64,000 nucleotides of DNA from Fibrobacteria bacterium (GTDB lineage Bacteria; Fibrobacterota; Fibrobacteria; UBA11236), in the NCBI GenBank assembly GCA_041746255.1, contig JBGTHM010000100.1, positions 96,001 through 160,000 of the forward strand. Direction: 5' to 3'. Below, piece after piece: positions 1 through 8,692 of this stretch. The position numbers and the translations under genes are program-made. A model generated the notes under the pieces. That model saw only the letters and a program-made list of their open reading frames with translations. It made no database searches and was not told the origin of the DNA. Positions within the stretch are counted from its first letter, which is position 1; each line of letters begins with the position of its first letter.

Positions 1-453
1 GGAGAAAATCTGGGTTTTTTACCCGGAGTGGTGAGCGAAAAAATCGCGCCCTATATGCGACCCTTATATGATTCGCTAAGTGTCATGTTGTCTGCGGAGA
101 GGCTCCGGGAGTATTGGGACAGCAATGCCATCGAAATCGCTCCCCTGGCCTATATGCGCGGGCGAACGCTTACGCGCGCCTTCATCATTCTGGATGAGGC
201 CCAAAATACCACCATACCCCAAATGAAAATGTTTTTAACGCGGCTTGGCTTGAACAGTAAGGCCGTACTTACCGGGGATGAAACCCAGGTCGATTTGGGG
301 CGTTCGGAAAAATCGGGCTTTGCCCATGCGCGCAAAATTCTCGCGGGTATTGAGGGTATCGACGAATTGGAATTGCATGTTGAGGATGTGGTGCGACACA
401 AACTCGTACAGGACATCATTCTGGCCTATGAGAGGTCTGGCTACATAAGTTGA
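1..453 (+). CDS. phoH: PhoH family ATPase (5' truncated by window edge)
   Basis: Frame is open from base 1 (GENLGFLPG...). Contains the PhoH motifs IEIAPLAYMRGRTL, ILDEAQN, LTGDETQVDL and DVVRH. Confidence 0.93.
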   Translation, partial: GENLGFLPGVVSEKIAPYMRPLYDSLSVMLSAERLREYWDSNAIEIAPLAYMRGRTLTRAFIILDEAQNTTIPQMKMFLTRLGLNSKAVLTGDETQVDLGRSEKSGFAHARKILAGIEGIDELELHVEDVVRHKLVQDIILAYERSGYIS

Positions 454-542
454 AATTTCCGGTATTCGCATCTTGACTGAAACGCCACTTCTAACCTATT
501 TTATAGCCCATCATTCGGAAGGATTTCCGGGTTCGGATTGAA

Positions 543-758
543 ATGACTGATTATTTTTCCAAAAAAAATTATGTGGGAATCGCATTGGGAGTCGCGGTCA
601 TTTTGCTTGGCTACTTTTGCTTGGCACAAGGACCTGCTGACAACTGGATTTCCCTGAATGTAGCACCTGTTCTTCTGATCATCGGTTATACGGTAATCCT
701 CCCTTTGAGCCTTTTACTGGGCAATAAAAAAAGGGCGGGGACGGGCGACTCGGTATAA
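543..758 (+). CDS. Small two-TM membrane protein, DUF3098-like
   Basis: 71 aa, FSKKNY followed by two hydrophobic helices, with the VAPVLLIIGY motif. Confidence 0.7.
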   Translation: MTDYFSKKNYVGIALGVAVILLGYFCLAQGPADNWISLNVAPVLLIIGYTVILPLSLLLGNKKRAGTGDSV

Positions 759-759
759 T
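754..759 (+). promoter_or_regulatory. Candidate -10 box for the tRNA pair
   Basis: Perfect TATAAT 12 nt upstream of tRNA-Val. No clear -35 box. Confidence 0.3.
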
Positions 760-771
760 CGGGTGCTTGCA

Positions 772-849
772 GGGCGTTTAGCTCAGTTGGTTTAGAGCAT
801 CTGCCTTACAAGCAGAGGGTCGCAAGTTCAAATCTTGCAACGCCCACCA
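772..849 (+). tRNA. tRNA-Val (anticodon TAC)
   Basis: Cloverleaf with GGGCGTT acceptor stem, anticodon arm TCTGC-CTTACAA-GCAGA, TTCAAAT T-loop and encoded CCA. Confidence 0.97.
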
Positions 850-858
850 ATAATTCGC

Positions 859-935
859 GGAGTGGTAGCTCAATTGGTTAGAGTACTAGCCTGTCACGCT
901 AGGGGTTGCGAGTTCAAGTCTCGTCCATTCCGCCA
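859..935 (+). tRNA. tRNA-Asp (anticodon GTC)
   Basis: Cloverleaf with GGAGTGG/CCATTCC acceptor stem, anticodon arm CTAGC-CTGTCAC-GCTAG, TTCAAGT T-loop and encoded CCA. Confidence 0.97.
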
Positions 936-940
936 ACTTT

Positions 941-982
941 AGAACCTCTTTCCGGAAACACCCGGTGAGAGGTTTCTTTTTT
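941..982 (+). terminator. Intrinsic terminator after the tRNA pair
   Basis: Imperfect hairpin AGAACCTCT...AGAGGTTTCT followed by a T run. Confidence 0.65.
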
Positions 983-1022
983 ATGGCCTTCGTTCACTGC
1001 CAACGCTATCGAGAGGGGTGAA

Positions 1023-3206
1023 ATGGGTTCTTCCAGCTGCCTATTAAGCCCTGACGAATTGGAGGGGTTCCTCCGGTTACGCGTCCGCGATCCCTTTCGG
1101 CGATTAGGGTTTCATCATTCCCAGGTTAACGGAAAGCCACAGGGAATCATCCGTGTTTTCAATCCCGAATTCGAAGCGGTGGAAATTCTCTCCGAAGGAG
1201 AAAGCATACCCTGCAATACATCCGATAAAGGGTGTTTTGAGGCTCTTTTCCCCACTCGCCTGGAATTTTTCCCTTACCGGATTCGAGGCCGGCTCCCTTC
1301 CGGTCAAATGCTCGAATACGACGATCCCTACTCCTTTACCCCTGTACTCAGCGATCATGATCTGCATCAAATGACGTTGGGCTTGCATCCGCGCTTATGG
1401 AAAAAATTGGGAGCCAATGTAATAACGCACCAGGGCCGCCTGGGTGTCCATTTCGCGGTTTGGGCGCCTGGCGCCTTAGGCGTGGGAGTCACAGGTGATT
1501 TTAACCGCTGGAATCCCCTTTCCCATCCAATGAAAAGACTGGCTGAAACTGGAGTTTGGGAGATATTTGTTCCGGAAGTGGCTGCGGGCTCGGGATACGG
1601 CTTCCGGATACACGCTCCTACCGGGAAGATTCTGGAAAAATCCGACCCACTCGCCCGAGCATTCGATCCAGAGCGCGAATCCATCTCCATGGTAGACGGA
1701 GAAATGGAAAAAACATGGTCCGACGATGTCTGGATGAAAACGCGAACCCAGAACGCCCCCATGGGTTTCTCCATTTATCGCATACCTCCCGCATTGTGGG
1801 AAAAAAACCAAAACGAAGCCAGGCCGCGAAATTTCGGTGAGCTGGCTCAAGTCCTCATTCCCCGTATTCTCGACTTGGGACATACTCACGTTCTGATAGG
1901 TCCGGTGCAACAACCGGCTCCCGAAGCTCAGGAGCGCGATGTCTCAGGGTTCTATGCCCCCAATTCCCGCATGGGCGGCGCCGCCGGATTGAAAGATTTC
2001 ATAGAAGCCTGTCATCGGAATGGATTGTCGGTGCTTCTGGACTGGGTGGGAACACGTTTTCCCAATCATCCCTCCGGATTGCATCAATTCGACGGGAGCT
2101 CGCTTTATACCTATGGCGGAGCGGCACAGGAAGAACAAGCCAAACGGAAATACCAGCCTTTCGATGTGGAGAAGAAGCCGGTGGCCAATTTTCTGGCGGC
2201 CAATGCCCTTTACTGGATGCTGGAGTATCATTTCGACGGCCTCTATCTGGGAAATCTGTCGGCCATGCTGTCATTGGACTATGGAAGGTCCCGGGGAGAA
2301 TGGATTCCCAACCCGGATGGCAGTAATGTGCATTACCGTGCCCTGGATGTCCTCAAGCGCATACTCCGTTCCTTGCGCCAGCACCATGCCGGCTGTCTCC
2401 TGCTGGCCAAAGCCGAACCGCCCCTGCCCCTGCAGATTTCAGCGGCTTTACACTCGCAAGGCACCCTTCCCGCTTTACTCAACCGATCCACCACCCGTTC
2501 CCTGCTTGCCTATTTGCGAGAGGATCCGGTTTTCCGCTTGCACCACCACGCCAAGGTCGCCGCAACCGTGGATGTCACCGCCGGTGCAACCTGCTTGATA
2601 TTGCCACCCGAACCCGGTGAAAGCGGTGCGGACATACTGAAAAGCCTTCCCGGCGATGAATGGCAACGCCACGCAAACTTTCGCTTGATGATGGCCTATG
2701 TAGCGGCTTACCCCGGCAGCAAGCTCCAAGTAGCGGGTCTGGAACAGGGTCTCGAGCTGGATTGGCCCCTGCCCGACCCGGAAGGCGCTGCGGGAACAGA
2801 GGCTTTACGAGGCTTGTACCGCCTGGCCAAGGCGCTGAATAAGCTGTACAACCAGCAACCCGCCTTACACGCTCCGGAATCGACCCTGGTCCCGGTGGAT
2901 TTTACCTGCGCCGATTTGAATCTGCTTGCCTTCCTGCGCCAGGGAGAGGGAAGGGAAATTGTCGTCGTCTTCAATTTCAGCCCCGTGCCGCAATCCGATT
3001 ACCGTGTGGGAGTCACTCACCCTGGAAATTATCGGGAGATTCTCAATACCGACTCCGCCTATTTCGGAGGGAGCAATCTCGGAAACCAGGGATTGGTCCG
3101 CTCCACCTCCCTCCCCCATGCAGGACAGCCCGATTCCATAACGGTGCTTGCCCCACCCCTGGGCGCTTGCTGGTTCCAACTCGAAACCAAAAAAGAGGAC
3201 AAATGA
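1023..3206 (+). CDS. glgB: 1,4-alpha-glucan branching enzyme (GlgB)-like protein with degenerate GH13 catalytic motifs
   Basis: GlgB N-domain, CBM48 (FAVWAP, GDFNRW, GVWEIFVP), TIM barrel (LDWV, ANALYW..YHFDG) and C-domain (VVFNFSPVP, EILNTDSAYFGGSNLGN). The catalytic residues are substituted (see findings). Confidence 0.88.
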   Translation: MGSSSCLLSPDELEGFLRLRVRDPFRRLGFHHSQVNGKPQGIIRVFNPEFEAVEILSEGESIPCNTSDKGCFEALFPTRLEFFPYRIRGRLPSGQMLEYDDPYSFTPVLSDHDLHQMTLGLHPRLWKKLGANVITHQGRLGVHFAVWAPGALGVGVTGDFNRWNPLSHPMKRLAETGVWEIFVPEVAAGSGYGFRIHAPTGKILEKSDPLARAFDPERESISMVDGEMEKTWSDDVWMKTRTQNAPMGFSIYRIPPALWEKNQNEARPRNFGELAQVLIPRILDLGHTHVLIGPVQQPAPEAQERDVSGFYAPNSRMGGAAGLKDFIEACHRNGLSVLLDWVGTRFPNHPSGLHQFDGSSLYTYGGAAQEEQAKRKYQPFDVEKKPVANFLAANALYWMLEYHFDGLYLGNLSAMLSLDYGRSRGEWIPNPDGSNVHYRALDVLKRILRSLRQHHAGCLLLAKAEPPLPLQISAALHSQGTLPALLNRSTTRSLLAYLREDPVFRLHHHAKVAATVDVTAGATCLILPPEPGESGADILKSLPGDEWQRHANFRLMMAYVAAYPGSKLQVAGLEQGLELDWPLPDPEGAAGTEALRGLYRLAKALNKLYNQQPALHAPESTLVPVDFTCADLNLLAFLRQGEGREIVVVFNFSPVPQSDYRVGVTHPGNYREILNTDSAYFGGSNLGNQGLVRSTSLPHAGQPDSITVLAPPLGACWFQLETKKEDK

Positions 3207-3853
3207 AAGCACCCCGATTCTCGCGATGGCTAATCTTACCGGTCCTGGCGACGGCATTGCTCACCGCTTGCGACTTTTTCGACGTACTCCGGTCACGCTT
3301 TGCCGTGTTGTCCCTGAATTTCGGCTTCGCATCCCTGAACGTTTCCGATCTTGTCTATCCCGGAACCCTCTTGCAAATGGCTCAGGATGCCGCCAGCGGA
3401 GACGCGTCGAAACTTGCGGGTTATGGGGTCAATATCCGCTGCGGTATTCGGGTGGAGAATCCCAATTCCCAGCGCGCGGTCTTGGACGCGATGACGGCGC
3501 GCCTGCGGGTAAGCGATACCACAGCAGGCGCCCCGAGCATCGCCGCGGCGATAAACGCATTCAGCGTTGATGGCGGCGCCGATACGGTGCTGAACGTGGT
3601 TTTTCCCCTGCGGCTCAATAGCCCGGTATTTTCCCGCTCGGTTTGGACGGCCATCGTCGAGGGAGCAGACATGCCTTATCGGGTCAGCGCGGAAACTTTT
3701 GTGAATCTGGTAATACCCAATGGATTGGGAGGCCAGGATACTTTGGCGACGCGTCCTTTGGAATTCAGCGTAGCCAAGGGAAACGTTAATGCCTATGAAA
3801 AGCGGCAAACGATTCTGGACGCTTTTCTCGCTTTGATCCATCTGGCGCTTTAG
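3203..3853 (+). CDS. Lipoprotein, LEA_2/WHy-like
   Basis: ATG overlaps the glgB-like stop (ATGA). Lipobox LLTAC. The 'VENPN' motif is typical of LEA_2 domains. Confidence 0.65.
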   Translation: MKAPRFSRWLILPVLATALLTACDFFDVLRSRFAVLSLNFGFASLNVSDLVYPGTLLQMAQDAASGDASKLAGYGVNIRCGIRVENPNSQRAVLDAMTARLRVSDTTAGAPSIAAAINAFSVDGGADTVLNVVFPLRLNSPVFSRSVWTAIVEGADMPYRVSAETFVNLVIPNGLGGQDTLATRPLEFSVAKGNVNAYEKRQTILDAFLALIHLAL

Positions 3854-3859
3854 CCCGAA

Positions 3860-6562
3860 TTACCTTCCCAGACCCTTTAGGATACTTTTGGCCTTGTCTT
3901 TGGCCTTTTCGGTCGCTTCCTGCTTTTTCTCTTCGACCTTTTCTTCCAGCTTGTCTTTTTCGGAATCCACCCGCGCTTTCGCCTGCTCTTCCAACTTCCG
4001 TTTTTCCGCTTCGGCGCGGGCCTTCAATTCATCCGCCTTCTGGCGGGCCTGGTCCTCAAGCTGGCTTTTCACGCCACCTCCAGCCTCCTTCGCCATGCGT
4101 CCGGCGTCCAAGGAGAAAGACGGCGAAGCCAATGTTCCGCCAATTTGATAATAGAGAATGGCGCGTCCTTGATTGTCCTGAGGAATGACGCTGGCATTCG
4201 CCAGCGCCGGCACGCCCGAGAGTTTCGCCACCTGCGAGGATAAGGCGCCGGTAGCGCCCGTAACCCTTTTACTCATGGCGGGCGGCAGATAGTTGGCCAA
4301 GCTCAAAGCCAAGGTGTTATCGAATCCGATATCGCCCAATACTTCGATATCTCCCACAGGGGTGTTGCGGAAGTTGGCATGTTTGACTTGCAGGCGGCCC
4401 GCTACCGCTTCCAGGGTGGATTCGAACAGGGAAAAGGAAAGTTCGCCGAAACGAAGCGATTCGTTGACTTTGCCCAAAGCCCCGGAAAGACTGGAGATTA
4501 AGCCCGTTTCCGCAATACGACCGTCGCTCAGCTGAGTATAAATGGTTCCCGTCAGATTCTCAGCGAAGGTATGGGGCAGACCATGCGTGACCAGATCGGC
4601 GTTCAAGGTGAATTTTCCGAACAAAGTGCTATCCATCCGGGACATAGTCCGGGTCAAGCGATTGCCGGCGGGGATTTTATCATTGAGTCGTGAAATGAAA
4701 TCATTAGCCTCCACCTTATCGACTTTAAGCGAAAGGCCTACCTTGGCATCAGTGGGATCCAGCAAATCGAAGCGCATCTTGGAGGAGAACCCGCCGGTAT
4801 ACAGGCGTCCCTTAACATCGGTATCGGCTACCTGATTGGCGACCTTGGTGGTCGATTTGAAATCGGTCATGGCCATATCGAGAAATTGGGTGCGAGCGAG
4901 ATTTACTTCCACGACAGCGTCGACCTTGGGCAGTTCAGGGAAGGCCCGCATGGGGGGGCCGTCCTGGCTCTCCGTTTTTTTCTGGCCGGCAAGCAACTCA
5001 TCCAGATTCAAATATTCGGAGGTCACCTTGAGCCGGATAAGCGGAACTTTTCCCTGGGCCTTTTCCGGAAGCACCAACGCAAGATAATGACTGAGACTCC
5101 CCTGCACCGAAACGTCGGATTCGCCGATTTGCAAGGCCAGGTCCTCGGTGATTTTTTCGTCGGTAAGGGTAATACGCCCTTTGGCCCGAACCGGCATCGG
5201 AAGGGATTCGTCTTTGACCAGAATATTTTCCAGCTCGACTTCACCCATGACGCTCAAGGCGGTTGGGTCTTGCGGATTGAGTCGGCCATTGGCTTTGACA
5301 TCGGATTTGACCAAGCCCTCAAGCTGCGGTCCTTCAGGCAATAAGCCTAATTTGACTAACAGCGGCACGAGTTTGCTTAAATCCACCACGGAATTCAAAG
5401 CAAAATGATTCAGCTGGGGAAATTCGTCCCGTAGGCCGCTTAATAAAGCCGTCATGGTAACGGGATTGGACGCCAACTCAAAACCGAAATCCTTTAAGTC
5501 GAAGCTATCCGCGGTGGCCACGGCTCGGACATGCAGATTATGGATACCCTCCCCCAACTCCTTATGGCTGATGGCACCGTCTTTCAATTCAAAATCCACC
5601 TGCAGGGAAGGAATGTCAGTGCTATCCAACTTACCCTTGACCCACCCTTTGAGTCCCATGGTGCCTTCCGCGAGAATATTTCCGATTTCCGCATGCACTC
5701 CGGGTGGGATTTCGCGAATCACCGACGCCAAAGAAATATCCGGCGCGGCAAAACGAAGGTCCAGCGCCAGGGGGCCTGTCGTGAAGTCCGCAATCTCGCC
5801 CTCCAGATTGGCCTTGACGTCTTGAAAGGTGAGTTCAATTCCATTGATGCGCATTTTTTCGCCCGGCAAATCGGCATTCACATCGTGTTTAATCGCAACC
5901 GAGATATTTCCTTTTTTAATCCCTGACGAGCGGTCGGAAATCTGGATTTCCCGAATCATCAATTCACCGGCAGTGCGGATATTTTCCAATTTCTGGTCTA
6001 CGTCGAGTGATGCCCTTTGGTTGATGCGGTTTAAAACTACTTCCTGTCCATCCCGCAAGTTCCGGTAGCGCACTCTGCCGTCCTGAATGATAAACGCCTG
6101 TAAGGCCAAAGCCACGGGAGATTGGACTTGCGCGGTGTCCGCCACCGCTTCGACTTCCTCGGTTCCGAACAATCCTTCCAGATTATTTTTACCCTTGGCA
6201 TCCACTTCATAGAGAATCTCGGGTTCGTTGAGACGGATTTCATTGATTACCGGGCTGAATCTCAGAAGGGACATGACACTAACGGATAGGCCCAATTCCC
6301 GGATGCTCAGCGTAGGGTCGGGGGAGAACCCCGGAGCGTTGGCCACCCGTAAATCCTTAAGGGCGATTTTCAAATTCGGAAAAATCCCGATCGAAGCGCC
6401 CCCAATGGATACGTCCCGGTTCATGGCCTTGGAGGCCTGGACGCTAACGATGGCTTTGATCTTTTCCGGGGGAAAGGCGAGCTGAACGGCTATATAGGCC
6501 CCTACCCAAAGTAGTGCGACCACAGCCACCAAGCCAATTATGATTTTTTTACCCAAATGCAT
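3860..6562 (-). CDS. AsmA family protein
   Basis: 900 aa with an N-terminal TM anchor, an AsmA N-terminus (RDVSIG, LRVAN, EIRLNEPEI), an AsmA_2-like C-terminus (IGGTLASPSF) and a charged coiled-coil tail. Confidence 0.85.
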   Translation of the reverse strand: MHLGKKIIIGLVAVVALLWVGAYIAVQLAFPPEKIKAIVSVQASKAMNRDVSIGGASIGIFPNLKIALKDLRVANAPGFSPDPTLSIRELGLSVSVMSLLRFSPVINEIRLNEPEILYEVDAKGKNNLEGLFGTEEVEAVADTAQVQSPVALALQAFIIQDGRVRYRNLRDGQEVVLNRINQRASLDVDQKLENIRTAGELMIREIQISDRSSGIKKGNISVAIKHDVNADLPGEKMRINGIELTFQDVKANLEGEIADFTTGPLALDLRFAAPDISLASVIREIPPGVHAEIGNILAEGTMGLKGWVKGKLDSTDIPSLQVDFELKDGAISHKELGEGIHNLHVRAVATADSFDLKDFGFELASNPVTMTALLSGLRDEFPQLNHFALNSVVDLSKLVPLLVKLGLLPEGPQLEGLVKSDVKANGRLNPQDPTALSVMGEVELENILVKDESLPMPVRAKGRITLTDEKITEDLALQIGESDVSVQGSLSHYLALVLPEKAQGKVPLIRLKVTSEYLNLDELLAGQKKTESQDGPPMRAFPELPKVDAVVEVNLARTQFLDMAMTDFKSTTKVANQVADTDVKGRLYTGGFSSKMRFDLLDPTDAKVGLSLKVDKVEANDFISRLNDKIPAGNRLTRTMSRMDSTLFGKFTLNADLVTHGLPHTFAENLTGTIYTQLSDGRIAETGLISSLSGALGKVNESLRFGELSFSLFESTLEAVAGRLQVKHANFRNTPVGDIEVLGDIGFDNTLALSLANYLPPAMSKRVTGATGALSSQVAKLSGVPALANASVIPQDNQGRAILYYQIGGTLASPSFSLDAGRMAKEAGGGVKSQLEDQARQKADELKARAEAEKRKLEEQAKARVDSEKDKLEEKVEEKKQEATEKAKDKAKSILKGLGR

Positions 6563-6640
6563 CGGCTGCTCTCCTGATGAGATTCAAAGCATCTTAAACT
6601 AGGTTTTTTTCAGTTTCTCTGCATACGCGGGGGAACAACG

Positions 6641-6666
6641 AAAAACACCCCTTGCAAGGGGTGTTT
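6641..6666 (-). terminator. Intrinsic terminator of the 6699..7289 gene
   Basis: Perfect hairpin AAACACCCCT-TGCA-AGGGGTGTTT with a T tract on the minus strand. Confidence 0.75.
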
Positions 6667-6698
6667 CAACCGGCCGGGGGCCTATTAAGGGGAAAGTT

Positions 6699-7289
6699 TT
6701 AGAATCGGGAACGGCCCGATAAGGTCATGGCCCCACCTTCGCCCTGGGTAACCGCATCGACGCGCAGCATAACCAAGCGGTCTTCGCTGGTTTCAATCAT
6801 GAAAACCGCCCCTGCCGTCACGGCCAAGCGGCCGTTTTCCTGCGGAGTTCCGCCATCCCAAGCGGATTGTAATCCACTTTGGTTGAGAACAGATTCCCAT
6901 TGGCTGCTCGCCACGTTTCGGATGGGCGTGGTGCGAGCCGGGGAGAAATTTGCGTAAAGAATGAAACCCTCGCTTACTCCCGGTATGCCTTCCACGGCTA
7001 CGTTGGGTGAATACACTGCGGAAACTTCTTGTTCGGTGGAAAATGCAAAAACCAGATCGATGTCTCCGGCTCGGGTCCTTGCTTCGGCGATAGGATAGAC
7101 CACCATGGCATCGGCATCCAAGGAGGATCCCAAAACATTCCCCTGAGCGCCCATTTGCACGTCACGGGTAGTTAACTCATCGACCGGGCCGTTGCCACCA
7201 CCGTCATCGGTAAGGCAACCGGTAAAAACAAAACTCATGACCAACAGGGAAATGGGCAGCCATTTTTTGGAAAAGAAAAGGGAATTCAT
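6699..7289 (-). CDS. Hypothetical lipoprotein (paralog of 7457..8065)
   Basis: AAGGAG RBS, lipobox FTGC, and motifs shared with the neighbour (GAQ, GSSLD, IDLVFA, YSP). Confidence 0.8.
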   Translation of the reverse strand: MNSLFFSKKWLPISLLVMSFVFTGCLTDDGGGNGPVDELTTRDVQMGAQGNVLGSSLDADAMVVYPIAEARTRAGDIDLVFAFSTEQEVSAVYSPNVAVEGIPGVSEGFILYANFSPARTTPIRNVASSQWESVLNQSGLQSAWDGGTPQENGRLAVTAGAVFMIETSEDRLVMLRVDAVTQGEGGAMTLSGRSRF

Positions 7290-7407
7290 GCCGTGGCTCC
7301 TTTATTGTTGAGGGTTCGACTCCAAGCCTTCAAATAAGGTCGAACCAAAGGAGTAGGCAAGAAAAATTTTCAGTCAGGCAAATTCTTTTCTGAAATGCCT
7401 TAAACAG

Positions 7408-7433
7408 GAAACGCCCCCGGATGGGGGCGTTTC
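7408..7433 (-). terminator. Hairpin terminator of the 7457..8065 gene
   Basis: Perfect 11-bp stem GAAACGCCCCC-GGAT-GGGGGCGTTTC just past the stop codon. Confidence 0.7.
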
Positions 7434-7456
7434 GGAGGAATCGATTAATTTAAATT

Positions 7457-8065
7457 TTAATACTTGGCTTTGAGACTCAAGCTGGTGGAACCCGAAGCTC
7501 CAGTAACAACCTCTTGAACAGTGAATATCACGATTTTGCCCAAATTCGATTTTGCCATGATGACATCATCTTTAGCAACGAGTACACGTCCCGGATCGAC
7601 TGGGGATATGGAGTCCCATAGCGTCTGCAACTTTGCTGGCGTGTCGGTCGAAGCGAATTTGGACTTGTCGTTTACCGGCTTGATGTCCGTTTTGTTGGCT
7701 GGACTCAAATCTGCCAAAAAGGCGAATCCAGCTGAGCCGCCGATTCCGTTTTTCGCCGCATCGGGTGAATATATGGCCGAGGCACTCGCTGAGGTGGAAT
7801 AGGCAAAAACCAAATCAATTGCGGCACTATTAGCAGCGAGTTGTGACATTGTATAAACAGTCGGTCCATCAAGATCCAAGGAAGAGCCCGCGGAAGCGGT
7901 TTGCGCGCCCAAGGTCACATTTTTTGATGTTAAGGTTTCAGTGGGAGTTGGATCCGGATCCGGATCCTTTTCGCTATCGGTCAAGCAGCCCGTGAAACCA
8001 ATGCTCAGGGCAACTAACGAGGTATATACCAGTTTACGGGGAAATTTGAAGGTATTGATATTCAT
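7457..8065 (-). CDS. Hypothetical lipoprotein (paralog of 6699..7289)
   Basis: AAGGAG RBS before the ATG at 8065, lipobox FTGC and a DPDPDPTP linker. Confidence 0.8.
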   Translation of the reverse strand: MNINTFKFPRKLVYTSLVALSIGFTGCLTDSEKDPDPDPTPTETLTSKNVTLGAQTASAGSSLDLDGPTVYTMSQLAANSAAIDLVFAYSTSASASAIYSPDAAKNGIGGSAGFAFLADLSPANKTDIKPVNDKSKFASTDTPAKLQTLWDSISPVDPGRVLVAKDDVIMAKSNLGKIVIFTVQEVVTGASGSTSLSLKAKY

Positions 8066-8252
8066 ACAGGACTCCTTGAAATAATTAAGAGAAAGGCGGT
8101 TAGAATAATAGAAATTCATTTGGTGGAAAAGTAAGTTACCTCCACCCCAAGAGGGTAACGCTTAAATTGCGACGGTGAGCGAAAAGAGAGGCTTTTCTTG
8201 ACATCCGGCCTCATTTTTACTTATCCAGATTTGGAAAGTCAAGAGAGATATT

Positions 8253-8414
8253 TCAATTCAGTTCCAGCTCTTTGATACGGTCGCGCAGCCGCGCAGCCTT
8301 TTCAAATTCCAGATTTTCCGCCGCCAAACGCATCAAGGTGCGCAATTTTCCTACGTCCTCCCGCCCGTATTTCTCCGTAGGCTCCGCCACGGCCGCCAAA
8401 CGGAGGGGATCCGG
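8253..8414 (-). repeat. Orphan duplicate of the uvrB 3' end (UVR domain, 53 codons plus stop); direct repeat of 9466..9627
   Basis: Codon-by-codon comparison gives 162 bp with 9 mismatches. Seven of the 8 changed codons are synonymous. Confidence 0.95.
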
Positions 8415-8692
8415 CATTGCGCGCATAGTGTGCAATGAAGGCGGGAAGAGAGAAAGCGGACATTGGCGCCAGGCGAAGTTCGCGCCGTTCGAAACCCATC
8501 CTGAATTGCCGCGAGGTCTTGAAAACCTATTTGGGCGAAGCCCCGAGCGAGCCCTGTGAGCGCCGCGCCCTGCGGTTTGTGGGCGATCGTGGGCCTCGGC
8601 ATTTTTGGGGGCGTCTTTTCTTCCTATTGACGGAAATTGGCTAAAGAGATGCGATTGTTATATGGCGACGCTTCATCCTTCAATGCCGGCTC
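8408..8692. repeat. Imperfect palindromic element (MITE- or attC-like)
   Basis: Terminal inverted repeats GATCCGGCATTG (8408-8419) and CAATGCCGGCTC (8681-8692) match at 11/12. Contains internal complementary tracts and a GGGC-GAA-GCCC hairpin. Confidence 0.45.

Noticed and set aside
772..982. tRNA-anchored genomic island
   Set aside because: No duplicated tRNA 3' end and no integrase were seen elsewhere in the window.
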